DNA of 64,000 nucleotides from Treponemataceae bacterium (lineage in GTDB: Bacteria > Spirochaetota > Spirochaetia > Treponematales > Rectinemataceae), in assembly GCA_963678065.2 (NCBI GenBank), contig CAXXVZ010000002.1:544001-608000 (forward strand). Direction: 5' to 3'. The position numbers and the translations under genes were made by a program. Numbering within the stretch: position 1 is the first letter of the stretch; every line of letters begins with the position of its first letter. Under the pieces are notes generated by a model that saw only the letters and a program-made list of their open reading frames with translations, did no database searches and had not been told where the DNA came from. Shown here piece after piece: positions 49,025 to 59,401 of this stretch.

Positions 49025-49831
49025 ATGGTACGTAGCAAAAAGATTTTCTTCGCTGTCCTCATCGCATTCGTGGTCGGGCTGGTATTCCCGCTGGCTGCCG
49101 AGAGCCCGGACCAGGCGGCGCCCGCGAGGCTCGCTCGCATTCTGGAGACCAAAGTCCTGCGCGTCGGCACGCCCGGCGACTATCGCCCCTTCTCGATGCT
49201 CGACAAAGCCACTGGCCAGTTCGAGGGGCACGACGTCGATCTCGCAAAGCTTCTCGCGTCGGATCTCGGCGTCAGCGTCGAATTCGTCCAGACCACCTGG
49301 TCGAAAATGATGGATGACCTCCTCGCCGACAAGTACGACATCGCCATGGGCGGCATCACCAGAAGTCTTGCACGCATTCTCAAGGTCGACTTCCTCGGAC
49401 CCTACGCTCCCAATGGCAAGGTCGCCCTGATTCGAGCCGCGGACAAAAACAAGTACACGACTCTGGCCGCGGTTGACACACCCGGAACCACCATCATGGT
49501 CAATCCGGGCGGAACCAACGAGAAGTTCGTCCTAGCCAACATCAAGAATGCCAAGGTTGTCACCTATCCGGCCAATGCCGAAATCCCCGGCAAAGTCGCC
49601 GAGGGACAAGCTGACGTCATGATCACAGAAGCCTACGAGGCAGTCGTCTACGCCAAGCTCGACAGCCGCCTCTATGGCGCCTTCATCGACAAGCCCCTGA
49701 CCAAGATAAGCTACATGGGCTTCATGCTCCGCGACGATGATCCCCAGTTCCTCAAGGTCATGAACTTTATCTGGAACGACGCGAAGTTGCGCGGAGACCT
49801 CGATGTGCTGTTCGAGAAGTGGCTGAAGTAG
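49025..49831 (+). CDS. Family-3 solute-binding protein, cyclohexadienyl dehydratase (PheC)-like
   Basis: LRVGTPGDYRPFS, DIAMGGIT, VNPGGTNEKF and ADVMITE; signal peptide; no permease adjacent. Confidence 0.8.
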   Translation: MVRSKKIFFAVLIAFVVGLVFPLAAESPDQAAPARLARILETKVLRVGTPGDYRPFSMLDKATGQFEGHDVDLAKLLASDLGVSVEFVQTTWSKMMDDLLADKYDIAMGGITRSLARILKVDFLGPYAPNGKVALIRAADKNKYTTLAAVDTPGTTIMVNPGGTNEKFVLANIKNAKVVTYPANAEIPGKVAEGQADVMITEAYEAVVYAKLDSRLYGAFIDKPLTKISYMGFMLRDDDPQFLKVMNFIWNDAKLRGDLDVLFEKWLK

Positions 49832-49845
49832 CGCTCTATCCGCTG

Positions 49846-49882
49846 AAAAAGGGCAGGGAACGGAAATCCATTCCCTGCCCTT
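49846..49882. terminator. Intrinsic terminator between convergent genes
   Basis: AAGGGCAGGGAA-N10-TTCCCTGCCCTT, with a T-run on the minus strand. Confidence 0.75.
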
Positions 49883-49886
49883 CCGA

Positions 49887-51041
49887 TCATTCTTGCCAGA
49901 AATATTTTTCCAGGGCCACGGCAAAACAAGTTCCGAATTTCTTCAGCTTTTCCGGAGTGTGGGCCATCCCTTCCATGCCAAAATATGGCATTTCGGTGCT
50001 CACGGCGATATCGACTCCCCTTTCCCTGAAGAACCGCGAAAAACTGTTCCCGATTCCCGTATTCCAGTCCATTCCGAATGGAACATCTTGGCTTCTATCG
50101 TAGAGAATATCGCCGGGACTCGCCAAGGCACGTACTGTCTCCGTCAGAATTTCCCCGAACGCATCCGCGTGGTGCTGGTATTTTTCCGGCTGTCCGACGA
50201 TGAAAAAATGATCGTCACGGCCGCCCCATTTCCAGGGCGAATGCAGGTCGAAGGCGCCGATGATGTCATTCCCCGCGGCAAGCCGTTTGACGGCCGCCAC
50301 CGAGGAATACAGGGGCGTCCCGCCATAATCCCGGTTGTGGTCATGCGGGATCCTCGATTTTCCTTGATCGCCGTCTTCGACGCCGTCCAGATCCATGAAG
50401 GGCACGACCAGAATCGAATATTCGGTTGTCAGCAATGAGTCGGCGGTTCCCAGAAAATGTTCCATGATTCCCTCGAGCTGGTACGAGGCCGGAGACTCGC
50501 AGGCATGATGGCGGGCTGTCAGGATGATCTTCTTGCCGGAAGCGGATTTCCCGATTTCGACAATCGGTATCGCCCGCCCTTTTTCCGACACTACGAGTGT
50601 CCCTGTCCTGAGCGGCGGAATTCCAGAATCTGATGCATTCTCCGCGCGGGTATCGACGAACCGGAAATGATCCGACAGCTGGTAGGGAAACGAGAACGCG
50701 AAATATACCCGGGAATCGTCCGGCCCGAATCTGTAGCGGAAGCTTTTCCTGTCCACCAGGGTTTCCGCGCCTGCCCATTCCCATTTCCCTGGCGCTCCGC
50801 CGACAGAATTTTCGCGCCTGACACACGGCCCCCATGGCCCCAGCACCTCGCCATTTCCGAACTGAAAAAGTATCTCTTTCCCTTGCGCGCCGTCGACGCA
50901 GAAATTCCAGTAAAACCACCATTCTCCGGTGTCGCGGATATCCTGCTCGACCGAAACTACGAGTACCGTTTCCCCATCGGAAATTGAATGGATGATTATA
51001 TTGGCGCCGGGATAATCCGACAGAATTTTGATTCCTGACAT
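49887..51041 (-). CDS. M14-family zinc carboxypeptidase/deacylase (cytosolic type)
   Basis: WFYWNF N-domain; ARHHACE (HxxE), DLDGV, DHNRDY, FDLHSP and a C-terminal STEMP. Confidence 0.82.
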   Translation of the reverse strand: MSGIKILSDYPGANIIIHSISDGETVLVVSVEQDIRDTGEWWFYWNFCVDGAQGKEILFQFGNGEVLGPWGPCVRRENSVGGAPGKWEWAGAETLVDRKSFRYRFGPDDSRVYFAFSFPYQLSDHFRFVDTRAENASDSGIPPLRTGTLVVSEKGRAIPIVEIGKSASGKKIILTARHHACESPASYQLEGIMEHFLGTADSLLTTEYSILVVPFMDLDGVEDGDQGKSRIPHDHNRDYGGTPLYSSVAAVKRLAAGNDIIGAFDLHSPWKWGGRDDHFFIVGQPEKYQHHADAFGEILTETVRALASPGDILYDRSQDVPFGMDWNTGIGNSFSRFFRERGVDIAVSTEMPYFGMEGMAHTPEKLKKFGTCFAVALEKYFWQE

Positions 51042-51094
51042 TTTTCCCCCCGATTTTCAGTATTTGCAGCCGTCGGGCCACCTGACCACCTTTT

Positions 51095-52627
51095 CTATTT
51101 CAGGTATCCTAGCTTTTTCAGATGCGCTTCCGCGCTCTTCCTGACTTCGTCCATGCCATAGGTCTTGCGTGCCGTCTCGACGAATTTGTCCCAGTTAGTC
51201 AGGGGCTCTGTCCCGACGGCGAATTTCATGTGCATCTCCTGGATGTACGCATCGAGATCCGGGGTGCGCTCATGTGCCGGAACAAGGCCATTCACATTGG
51301 CGATCCTGGGCTGCCTGATTGTGAAATTGAGTTTTCCCCACAGGTCGTTCGGTTCGGCGATATAGCCCGGATAGAAATAATCGAGGTCTCCAAGGCGGAA
51401 TACCACCCAGTACGATTTCCACGCATGCTCGGGAACAACAATTTTCTTCGATACTTTCCCTTCGTCATTACGCTTGTAATCGACTCCTACCTGACCGAAT
51501 GTCGCCAGAGCATACAATTCCGTCTTCGGGTTCATCATGTCATTCAGAAAGGCGAGGATGGCCTGAAGTTTTCCGGGCTCCGACTGAGCCTTCACGGTGA
51601 CGAAGAATCGGCAGTCGGTGCCGTTCTCGTTCCAGTTGGTGTACTTGCCGAAAGGTCCCTGAAGAGCCGGCAGTTGAACCCATTTCGCTTTTGGATTCGC
51701 GGCGAAAATCTCCTTGCCCATTGTCGTTGAACTGTTTGACTCCCTGATCAACTGGAACTCCGCCGTAACGATTCCCACCTTGCCGGAGATCACAGCCTCG
51801 CGCCAGTTGTCGAACTTGTTGGTCGACCAATTCGGATCGACGACACCTGCTTTGATCTGGGCATTCCACCAGGAAAGGGCATTTTTCGCTTCGGGGCTGA
51901 AGGCTTCCATGACCAGCTTGCCATCAGCTATGCGGAGATTGTCCCTGCCGGGATACGCGCCGAAGGGCGCCCACATGGAATGCAGCTGTCCGAAAAAATT
52001 GCCGGCGGTCGTCACAGAGGTGAAACCGTAGGTGTCATTCTTTCCATTGCCATCGGGATCATTGGTCGTGAAGACTTTCGCGACCTTTGCCAGCTCTTCC
52101 ATGGTGGTCGGAGCCTTCAGGCCGAGTCTGTCCAGCCAATCCTGCCTCACCCATGGTGTCATCCAGTTCTGTACCGGCCTCGGCTGCCCGAGCGCGACCC
52201 TTTTCCCGTCATATTTGACGAAAGGCAGCTCGTTTTCATCGAGCATGGTGTCGAGGAATTTGTAATCCGGCAGGTATTTGTCCAGACTGAGGATTATTCC
52301 CTGTTCGGAATACTCCTTGACGATATTGTCGCCCATTGTCCAGTTCGCCTGGATGATGTCGGGGATATCGCCTCCGGCGACCATCGCGTTGAGTTTCGCA
52401 TCGGCGCCGTCAGTCGGCGCCGGCTGGATCTTGATGTCGAGCCTGTATTTTTCCTTGATGAAACTCGCTACAAAATCCTCCCCCGGTTTTGCCTGCGCAG
52501 CCCGTGTCCAGGGTGCGTGTTCCCAGAACACGACCTGATAGGTTTTTCCTGAACTGCCCGCACCCTGAGTCCACGCCATGGATACCGCGCTGACCAGCGC
52601 CAGCACCGCCACGATGGTTCTTTTCAT
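51095..52627 (-). CDS. ABC substrate-binding protein (LplA-like)
   Basis: Signal peptide; VRQDWLDRLGLKAPTT and DPDGNGKNDTYG; GGAGG RBS. Confidence 0.9.
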   Translation of the reverse strand: MKRTIVAVLALVSAVSMAWTQGAGSSGKTYQVVFWEHAPWTRAAQAKPGEDFVASFIKEKYRLDIKIQPAPTDGADAKLNAMVAGGDIPDIIQANWTMGDNIVKEYSEQGIILSLDKYLPDYKFLDTMLDENELPFVKYDGKRVALGQPRPVQNWMTPWVRQDWLDRLGLKAPTTMEELAKVAKVFTTNDPDGNGKNDTYGFTSVTTAGNFFGQLHSMWAPFGAYPGRDNLRIADGKLVMEAFSPEAKNALSWWNAQIKAGVVDPNWSTNKFDNWREAVISGKVGIVTAEFQLIRESNSSTTMGKEIFAANPKAKWVQLPALQGPFGKYTNWNENGTDCRFFVTVKAQSEPGKLQAILAFLNDMMNPKTELYALATFGQVGVDYKRNDEGKVSKKIVVPEHAWKSYWVVFRLGDLDYFYPGYIAEPNDLWGKLNFTIRQPRIANVNGLVPAHERTPDLDAYIQEMHMKFAVGTEPLTNWDKFVETARKTYGMDEVRKSAEAHLKKLGYLK

Positions 52628-52680
52628 TCTCGCCTCCTGTATTGACATTCGGGCATCGGATGCCCGCCACGGAACCTGGA

Positions 52681-53565
52681 TCATCCTTTTACGGAACCTA
52701 TCAGTATGCCCTTGGTGAAATATTTCTGGACGAAGGGATATACGATCAACAGCGGAAAAACGGAGAAGACGACAGCCGCCATCTTCAGGGTCAATCCCGG
52801 CAGCAGCTCGAATTTATCGAGGACAGTCTGTGTTTCGGTTTTCAGGCTGTCCATGAGAACATCGCGAAGAATCACCTGGAGCGGTTTCCGCGCCTCGGTA
52901 TTGATGAACATGAGCGCGTTGAAAAATCCATTCCACAAGCCAACCGCGTAGAACAGGCCTATTGTCGCAATGACGGCGCTGGACAATGGAAGGACGATGC
53001 GGGAAAAAATGGTGAAGTGATGGGCGCCATCCATGTGGGCAGACTCCGCCAGCTCGGCGGGAAGTGCCTCGAAAAAGTTTTTCATGATGAGGAGGTTGTA
53101 GGTGGAGATAGCGCCCGGCATCACGACGGCCCACATGGAATCCATCATGCCCAGTGCTTTCACGAGCAGGAAAAGCGGGATGATTCCACCAGAAAACACC
53201 ATGGGTACGAGGACGAACACAAGCCAGAACCGGCGTCCCGGCAATTTTACCAGCGAGAGCGCATAGGCCAGGAGCGACGTGCCGAAGAGACTTATGATTG
53301 TCCCCGTGACCGTGATGACAATCGAGTTGAAGAATGCCTGCGGTATGAGTTGCTGGCCGATGATGAAACGGAACGCATCGAAGGAAATTCTCTTCGGAAT
53401 CAGTTGAAAACTTCCTGCCTTGGCAAGGACGTCCAGGGGAGTCAGGGATACGGAGAGAATGTACATGAACGGGAAAATGGTGACAGCGGCAAGAACCAGC
53501 AGAATCACCGCATTGACATATTCAAAGACAGTGTCTCCCGGAGTATTCCTGATTCCGGGCTTCAT
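52681..53565 (-). CDS. ABC permease (LplC-like)
   Basis: FSGGIIP, ELAESAHMDGA and QKYFTKGILIGSVKG. Confidence 0.92.
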   Translation of the reverse strand: MKPGIRNTPGDTVFEYVNAVILLVLAAVTIFPFMYILSVSLTPLDVLAKAGSFQLIPKRISFDAFRFIIGQQLIPQAFFNSIVITVTGTIISLFGTSLLAYALSLVKLPGRRFWLVFVLVPMVFSGGIIPLFLLVKALGMMDSMWAVVMPGAISTYNLLIMKNFFEALPAELAESAHMDGAHHFTIFSRIVLPLSSAVIATIGLFYAVGLWNGFFNALMFINTEARKPLQVILRDVLMDSLKTETQTVLDKFELLPGLTLKMAAVVFSVFPLLIVYPFVQKYFTKGILIGSVKG

Positions 53566-53596
53566 GCGTTTTTCCTTTTTTTCACCGTGGCGCTCC

Positions 53597-54544
53597 TCAC
53601 CAGATGCCCGAATCGGTCAGCTTCCGCGACAGCGCATTTCCGCCGAGGACAAGCGCCAGTCCGATTGTCGATTTAAAAAGGCCTGTCGCCGCGGAAATGG
53701 AAAACCGGAACTGCTCGATTCCGTTGCGGTAAACCCAGGTGTCGAGTATGTCCGCGACCGGATAGACCTGCGGGTTGTACAGGATATATATCTGCTCGAA
53801 ACCGGCGTCCAGGATGTATCCCAGTTTCAGGACGAACATAAGGACGATGACGCTGGAAATGCTCGGCAGCGAAATGTGCCTGATCTGCATGAGGCGCGAA
53901 GCTCCGTCCAGACGGGCCGCTTCGAAAAGCCCCGGATCGATGCCTGAGAGTGCGGCGAGGTATACAATGGCGCCCCATCCCAGTCCTTTCCACACTTCCG
54001 ATGCCACGAGAACGAATACGAACCACCTCTGGTCGGTCATGAACTGGACGCTCTGCCCTCCCGCGCTTTTGATGAGAGCGTTGACGATCCCGTCGCCCGG
54101 CGAGAGAAGGGCGAGCAGAAGCCCCGCGACGATGACCCAGGAGATGAAATGTGGAAGATAACTCACCGTCTGGATGAACTTCTTGAGTCTCCTGAACCGC
54201 ATCTCGTTCAGCATGAGGGCGAGGATGATAGGCGGGCCGAATCCTGCCGCCAGCTTCAGCACGCTTATGTTCAGGGTATTCCACATTATCCTCCCGAAGA
54301 CGGGACTCGCGAACATAGCCTCGAAATGCTTGAGGCCGACCCAAGGACTGTGGAACATGCCCTTGAGAACCTTGAAATCCTGAAAGGCGATCACGAGTCC
54401 GCCGATGGGTCCGTACCGGAATATGACGAAATAGACAATGCCCGGAAGCATCATGAGATAGACAATCCACCATTTCCGGAATCCATGTCCGGAAGTGATC
54501 CGATCGGCAGATCCCCGCTCCCGTTTTATTGCTCGATCATTCAC
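53597..54544 (-). CDS. ABC permease (LplB-like)
   Basis: YLPHFISWV, LFEAARLDGA and GFEQIY. Confidence 0.92.
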   Translation of the reverse strand: MNDRAIKRERGSADRITSGHGFRKWWIVYLMMLPGIVYFVIFRYGPIGGLVIAFQDFKVLKGMFHSPWVGLKHFEAMFASPVFGRIMWNTLNISVLKLAAGFGPPIILALMLNEMRFRRLKKFIQTVSYLPHFISWVIVAGLLLALLSPGDGIVNALIKSAGGQSVQFMTDQRWFVFVLVASEVWKGLGWGAIVYLAALSGIDPGLFEAARLDGASRLMQIRHISLPSISSVIVLMFVLKLGYILDAGFEQIYILYNPQVYPVADILDTWVYRNGIEQFRFSISAATGLFKSTIGLALVLGGNALSRKLTDSGIW

Positions 54545-54671
54545 GTATTTTCGCCCCCGGTTTTTCTTGTTCTCCCTCTGACTTCAATCGATTGTGCGGG
54601 CATTTCCCGGATCTGTACATGAAGCCGGTTATGAATGTAGATGTAAAATATTCACACTCGGGCTTTCCGCC

Positions 54672-54706
54672 TTGACCTGATTCGCCGATGCGCTAGAATG
54701 CGGCAA
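54672..54706 (+). promoter_or_regulatory. Promoter positioned for leaderless transcription of the kinase gene
   Basis: TTGACC-N16-TAGAAT-N6-ATG with no SD. Confidence 0.55.
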
Positions 54707-56475
54707 TGACAGGAATCCCACCCCGCAGAATCCGTTGGCTCCCCCTGTCGACAAGCAAGAGACTGATCGCCGCGACCTTCGGTCTTCTCGTCATCGCCGT
54801 CGCGTTCATGACCGTCATGGCCTTCAGGATTTCCAAAGAGGTCATCGACAGGGAAAGAAGCGATACCATGAGATCAATGCTCTCCCACGCCGATCAGCTT
54901 CTCGGGGCACATCAAAGTCAATTCAATACCCTGATACTCTCGGTAGCCGCGAACAGACAATTGTGGACATTGCCTGCGGAGGATGTGGAGCGTATTCTTA
55001 AAACCTACGCGGAGGCTTATACCATCGCTGAACGTCTCTATATCATCAGGGATGGCGATTCGATAATCGGATATCCGAAGGCACAGATCAGGGCACTCGG
55101 TCCGCTCGCCCTTGAACAGATCAGGGAAAGGCTGGGGGGGTCAATCCTCGGCGTTGTCTGCTCGGAACCGTATCTGTCAAACCTCAGCAACTGGACAATC
55201 ACGATCGGTGTCAGGGTCGCCACCATCGCCGGTGTGGGAAAGGGCATCATCGCAATGGATGTATCCCTGCTCGAGCTTCCCGTCCTGCTTCCCAAGCTCG
55301 ATTTCCAGAATCCTTCCACCATGATCGTGCTAACATCCAAAGGAAACACCGTGATTACGAAGGCCGGAAATCCGGTGCTCGATTATTCCATCAACGACAA
55401 CAGCCTTAGAATTCCGTCCGATCTCTACGATACGTTCAAGGCTGCCGGAAGTTCAGCCAGGAAGATAACCCACAAGGGGAAATCCTATACGGTAATGTCG
55501 ATCGAACCGACGAATCGTTACGGATGGAAACCGGTGTTCATTTCGAGCGACGCGGTGATCAGGAAGACTTTAGATGCGATGGTGCTTTCGGCGCTACAAA
55601 TGCTTCTGGGCGTCCTCGCGGCCAGTTTCATCATCAACTGGATACTCACCGGCTATTTCAGCAAGCCCCTAGAGCGACTGGCTGGGGAAGTCTCCCGGAT
55701 TCGCATAGATGCGTATGACGGACTTCCCTATACCGACAGAAAAGACGAAGTGGGTATCCTCTCCCTGGCCGTAGACGGGATGATCCTCAAAATACAGAAC
55801 CTCATCTCCGATCTGCGGGAATCGGAAAAACTGAAACGTGTAGCCGACATGAAGGCCATCGATGCACAGATCAATCCACATTTTCTCTTCAATACACTGA
55901 ATAGCATTGGACACTGCGCTTCCATGGGAAGGACGGACGATGTCCACACGATGGTCCAGGCGCTCGTCCATATGCTGTCCATGAGTCTGGACAAAATTTC
56001 AGAAAAGGTGATGCTCGCCAAAGAGCTGGAATTCCTCAACCACTATTTCAAACTGCTGAAACTGACGAGACCGGACGAGTTCTCGATCATCTATGCCATC
56101 GCGCCCCGGACCGGCTCCATTCCGGTTCCCAAACTGATCCTGCAACCTCTGGTGGAAAACTCCATCCTGCATGGCTTCAACGGTCTGGGCCATCCGGGAA
56201 TCCTGACGATTTCCGCGCAGATATCCGAAGAAAGCGAAAGGACATTCCTTGTGCTAGTGATAGAGGACAATGGTCACGGGATTCCCGAATCGGCGCTCGG
56301 AACCCTGGCATCCCCGGGAAATAGACCAGATGGGTCAGGTTCGGGAATAGGTCTGCGCAGCGTGGCAGAACGTATTTCTCATCATTACGGGAAAGCGGGT
56401 TCATTCAGCGTGACGCGGCTTCAGTGCGGCACTGCGGCAACCATCAGGATCCCCCTCCAGGAATACCCCTCATGA
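54706..56475 (+). CDS. Sensor histidine kinase, YesM/LytS type (TM-Cache-TM-HAMP-His_kinase-HATPase)
   Basis: AQINPHFLFNTLNSI, LQPLVENSILHG, IEDNGHG and GIGL. Confidence 0.93.
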   Translation: MTGIPPRRIRWLPLSTSKRLIAATFGLLVIAVAFMTVMAFRISKEVIDRERSDTMRSMLSHADQLLGAHQSQFNTLILSVAANRQLWTLPAEDVERILKTYAEAYTIAERLYIIRDGDSIIGYPKAQIRALGPLALEQIRERLGGSILGVVCSEPYLSNLSNWTITIGVRVATIAGVGKGIIAMDVSLLELPVLLPKLDFQNPSTMIVLTSKGNTVITKAGNPVLDYSINDNSLRIPSDLYDTFKAAGSSARKITHKGKSYTVMSIEPTNRYGWKPVFISSDAVIRKTLDAMVLSALQMLLGVLAASFIINWILTGYFSKPLERLAGEVSRIRIDAYDGLPYTDRKDEVGILSLAVDGMILKIQNLISDLRESEKLKRVADMKAIDAQINPHFLFNTLNSIGHCASMGRTDDVHTMVQALVHMLSMSLDKISEKVMLAKELEFLNHYFKLLKLTRPDEFSIIYAIAPRTGSIPVPKLILQPLVENSILHGFNGLGHPGILTISAQISEESERTFLVLVIEDNGHGIPESALGTLASPGNRPDGSGSGIGLRSVAERISHHYGKAGSFSVTRLQCGTAATIRIPLQEYPS

Positions 56476-58055
56476 ATACACTCGATGTATTTCTCGTGGA
56501 TGACGAGGCGATAGTCCTCGATTATTTCCAGAACGGATTCCTCTGGGAAGAAGCCGGATTCAGGCTTGCGGGGCTCGCCTCGAACGGGAAGGAAGCCGTC
56601 GAAGCCTGCGTGCGTCTGGAACCGGATCTCATCGTCCTCGATATTTCCATGCCGGGAATGACCGGAATGGAAGTGATGGAGCGCCTGATTCCAATGCTCC
56701 CTTATTCATCTTTCGCATTCATAACCAGCCACGAAGACTTCAAGCATGTCCACGAAGCGCTCCGCCTGGGCGCGATAGATTACATACTCAAAGCGTCCAT
56801 GATCCCCGCGGAGTTGCTGGAAAAATTCTCGTCGATCCGGGATCGGATACTGGAGCGGAGAAAAAAGGAAGGAGGATCGGCCGAAGAGAGACTACTGAGG
56901 AATCTGCCGGCTCTCGCCCTGTCAATCAAGGGGGAGGCACAGTCCGAACTCTCCGCTATACCGCCGGGTATCAGGGAGATGTTCACTGACAGCGCATTCG
57001 TCGTCGCACTGATTCGGCTCACTGCCTCTGGGCTTTCGGGCGAGGAGGAATCCTGCACGGGAATCACCCTGCGAAACGAGACAGAAAGAATTTCAGGGAT
57101 TCTCGATGCCAAAAAAAATACGCTGCCGATCCTGCACGCCGAAATGGATGACGGACAGCACGTCATGATCCTGTTTTCGGGCCTCGGGACCAAGGGATCC
57201 CTCTCGGAGGTAGCGCTGACACTCATAGAAAACCTGACCGGAGAAACCTATGGCGGGATATGCACTCATACGGGGATCAGCACGCCCCGCAACACCTTGG
57301 CCGAAGCGGGATTGGCATATGAAGAAGCGCGCGAAGCCCTGTTCGATTCATTCTACAATCCCGATAAGAAGATACATGTATACGAAAAACCATGGAAGCC
57401 ACTCGACAGGAACTTTGAAAATCGCCTGAATTCCCTGAAGGACGAGGATGTCAATGCGGATATTTCCGAACGGTATGGGAGTCAAGCGCGGAAAATAATC
57501 CGGCTCGCACAGGAAGAGCGGTTGCCACCGGACCACACTCGCATGATCGTCGCCGGATTACTGAGCCGTATCGCAAAATCGCTCGGCAGTAACGACTCGA
57601 CCTGGGAAACATCGCTGTGGCCGATGCAGGCGGCGCACTGTCCGTCTTCCCGCGAGCTGGAACTCTGGGTGGAGGAGAAAATGAGTTTTATCCTGCTCTC
57701 CTCGGGAATCACCCGGCTCAAGCCCCGGATTCAGCGGGTGGTGGACGAGATCGAAAAGTCTTTTTCCAGTCCCCTCGATCTCGCCTCCGCCGCGAGCCTC
57801 GCGGCCATGCACCCGAATTATTTCAGCGCAATTTTCAAGCAGGAAGTCGGCCATACTTTCAACGAGCACATGAATGCCGTCAGAATCCGGCACGCCATAG
57901 AATATATCGACGAAGGCGTCTGGCAGATGCAGCAGATAGCCGAGATGGTCGGCATCCCCAATTACCGGACCTTTTTCAACACTTTCATGCGCGTCATGCG
58001 CATGACGCCGACGGATTACCTCCAAAGGAAAAACGAAGAATCGGATCGCGCCTGA
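56472..58055 (+). CDS. Response regulator with AraC HTH (YesN-like)
   Basis: FLVDDE, VLDISMPGMTG and a C-terminal YFSAIFKQEVG AraC domain; ATGA overlap with the kinase. Confidence 0.93.
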   Translation: MNTLDVFLVDDEAIVLDYFQNGFLWEEAGFRLAGLASNGKEAVEACVRLEPDLIVLDISMPGMTGMEVMERLIPMLPYSSFAFITSHEDFKHVHEALRLGAIDYILKASMIPAELLEKFSSIRDRILERRKKEGGSAEERLLRNLPALALSIKGEAQSELSAIPPGIREMFTDSAFVVALIRLTASGLSGEEESCTGITLRNETERISGILDAKKNTLPILHAEMDDGQHVMILFSGLGTKGSLSEVALTLIENLTGETYGGICTHTGISTPRNTLAEAGLAYEEAREALFDSFYNPDKKIHVYEKPWKPLDRNFENRLNSLKDEDVNADISERYGSQARKIIRLAQEERLPPDHTRMIVAGLLSRIAKSLGSNDSTWETSLWPMQAAHCPSSRELELWVEEKMSFILLSSGITRLKPRIQRVVDEIEKSFSSPLDLASAASLAAMHPNYFSAIFKQEVGHTFNEHMNAVRIRHAIEYIDEGVWQMQQIAEMVGIPNYRTFFNTFMRVMRMTPTDYLQRKNEESDRA

Positions 58056-58093
58056 CTCCGGCCAGAGTTGCCTGCGGACAGGATTGACCCAGA

Positions 58094-59401
58094 TCAGGGT
58101 TGAACGCCCAGTCCCGAGAGAACTTCCTGGATGCACTCTGCTGGCAATTCCCGCGGCTGTATTCCATGCTCCACGCAGAGTGCCGCGGCAATCCCCGCAG
58201 CCTGTCCGATATTCGCGCAGATCGGCATGACCCTGAAATTTGAGTGCGCAAGATGGGTCCCGGAAATGTTGCGCCCCGCCAGCAACAATCCGTCCGTTCC
58301 CTCGGGCACCAGGCAGCCATATGGTATCGTATAACCATAACGCTGGGCGAAACGTTTCTGCACGCCCGTCTCGTCGAGTCCGGCTCCCGAGAGATTGTGC
58401 ACATCAAAATTGAAATGGGCCTTCGTCACTACCCAATCATCGAAAATGCGCGCATCGAGGATGTCGTGTTCCGTTATAGTCTTCAGCCCTTTGAAATGCC
58501 TCGTTTCGCGGACGCCGATCGCCGAGGCTGATTTTAGAAGAAAAGCATTTTCAAATCCGGGAACCTGATCCTTTAGAAATTTCAGGATGTACGGAATCTG
58601 GTTCCTGCATTCGCGGTCGGCCTTCGTCAGATCGTCGACATTCGTTCCATCGAAATCTATCGCGTTGGTCATGTTGAGCGTAACGACGCCAGGCAGGGGG
58701 GAAGGATATATGAGAGCATGCCCTGCAGGATGCGGAATGTTAAGGCGTGCAAGCGACTGGATGTCCCCCGAAGGTATATCGTAGCTGTCCTCGAATCCAT
58801 GGACATACCGTACTCGCCCCGTGTCGACGCCGCCTAGCTGGAGCATGATCGTCATCGGCTGCGTTTTTCCGTCGCCCTCGCGACCTTTGTGAAAGGGAAC
58901 TCCGGCCATCGCAGCAATGTCACCGTCTCCCGAGGCGTCCACCGTGATCTTCGCCATGATCGCTTCGCGTCCGGACTTGCTTTCAGTGATAATTCCGCGG
59001 ACACGGGAATCGTCCTGAATCACGCCGGCCGCGAAACTGTACAACTGAAGCTTCGCCCCGGATTCTTCGAGCATGTCGAGCATCACGAGCTTCAGGCGTT
59101 CATGATCGATAAGCTGTGAGGCGTTCCCGTGCCGCCCCATATCAGAGCCACCTCCCGGCACCGACGAGCGAGCCAGAATCTCTTCGTAAAATCCGCCTCG
59201 CGTCTCACCGGTCCAATGACTCATCAATCCCGATGTCGCCACTCCGCCGAGACAGCCCGACTGTTCGACTAGAAGCGTCGAAGCTCCTGACCTAGCCGCC
59301 GAGACGGCTGCGCTGAAGCCGGCAGGCCCGCCTCCGGCAACCAGAACATCGAACATCGCCTTGATAGGAATCCTCCGTGCGGGTTCCCCGTAGTGTTCCA
59401 T
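58094..59401 (-). CDS. FAD-dependent oxidoreductase (FAD_oxidored/PF12831-like)
   Basis: DVLVAGGGPAG, VDASGDGDIA, QPMT, GVRETR and YTIPYGCLVP...AGRNIS. Confidence 0.9.
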   Translation of the reverse strand: MEHYGEPARRIPIKAMFDVLVAGGGPAGFSAAVSAARSGASTLLVEQSGCLGGVATSGLMSHWTGETRGGFYEEILARSSVPGGGSDMGRHGNASQLIDHERLKLVMLDMLEESGAKLQLYSFAAGVIQDDSRVRGIITESKSGREAIMAKITVDASGDGDIAAMAGVPFHKGREGDGKTQPMTIMLQLGGVDTGRVRYVHGFEDSYDIPSGDIQSLARLNIPHPAGHALIYPSPLPGVVTLNMTNAIDFDGTNVDDLTKADRECRNQIPYILKFLKDQVPGFENAFLLKSASAIGVRETRHFKGLKTITEHDILDARIFDDWVVTKAHFNFDVHNLSGAGLDETGVQKRFAQRYGYTIPYGCLVPEGTDGLLLAGRNISGTHLAHSNFRVMPICANIGQAAGIAAALCVEHGIQPRELPAECIQEVLSGLGVQP

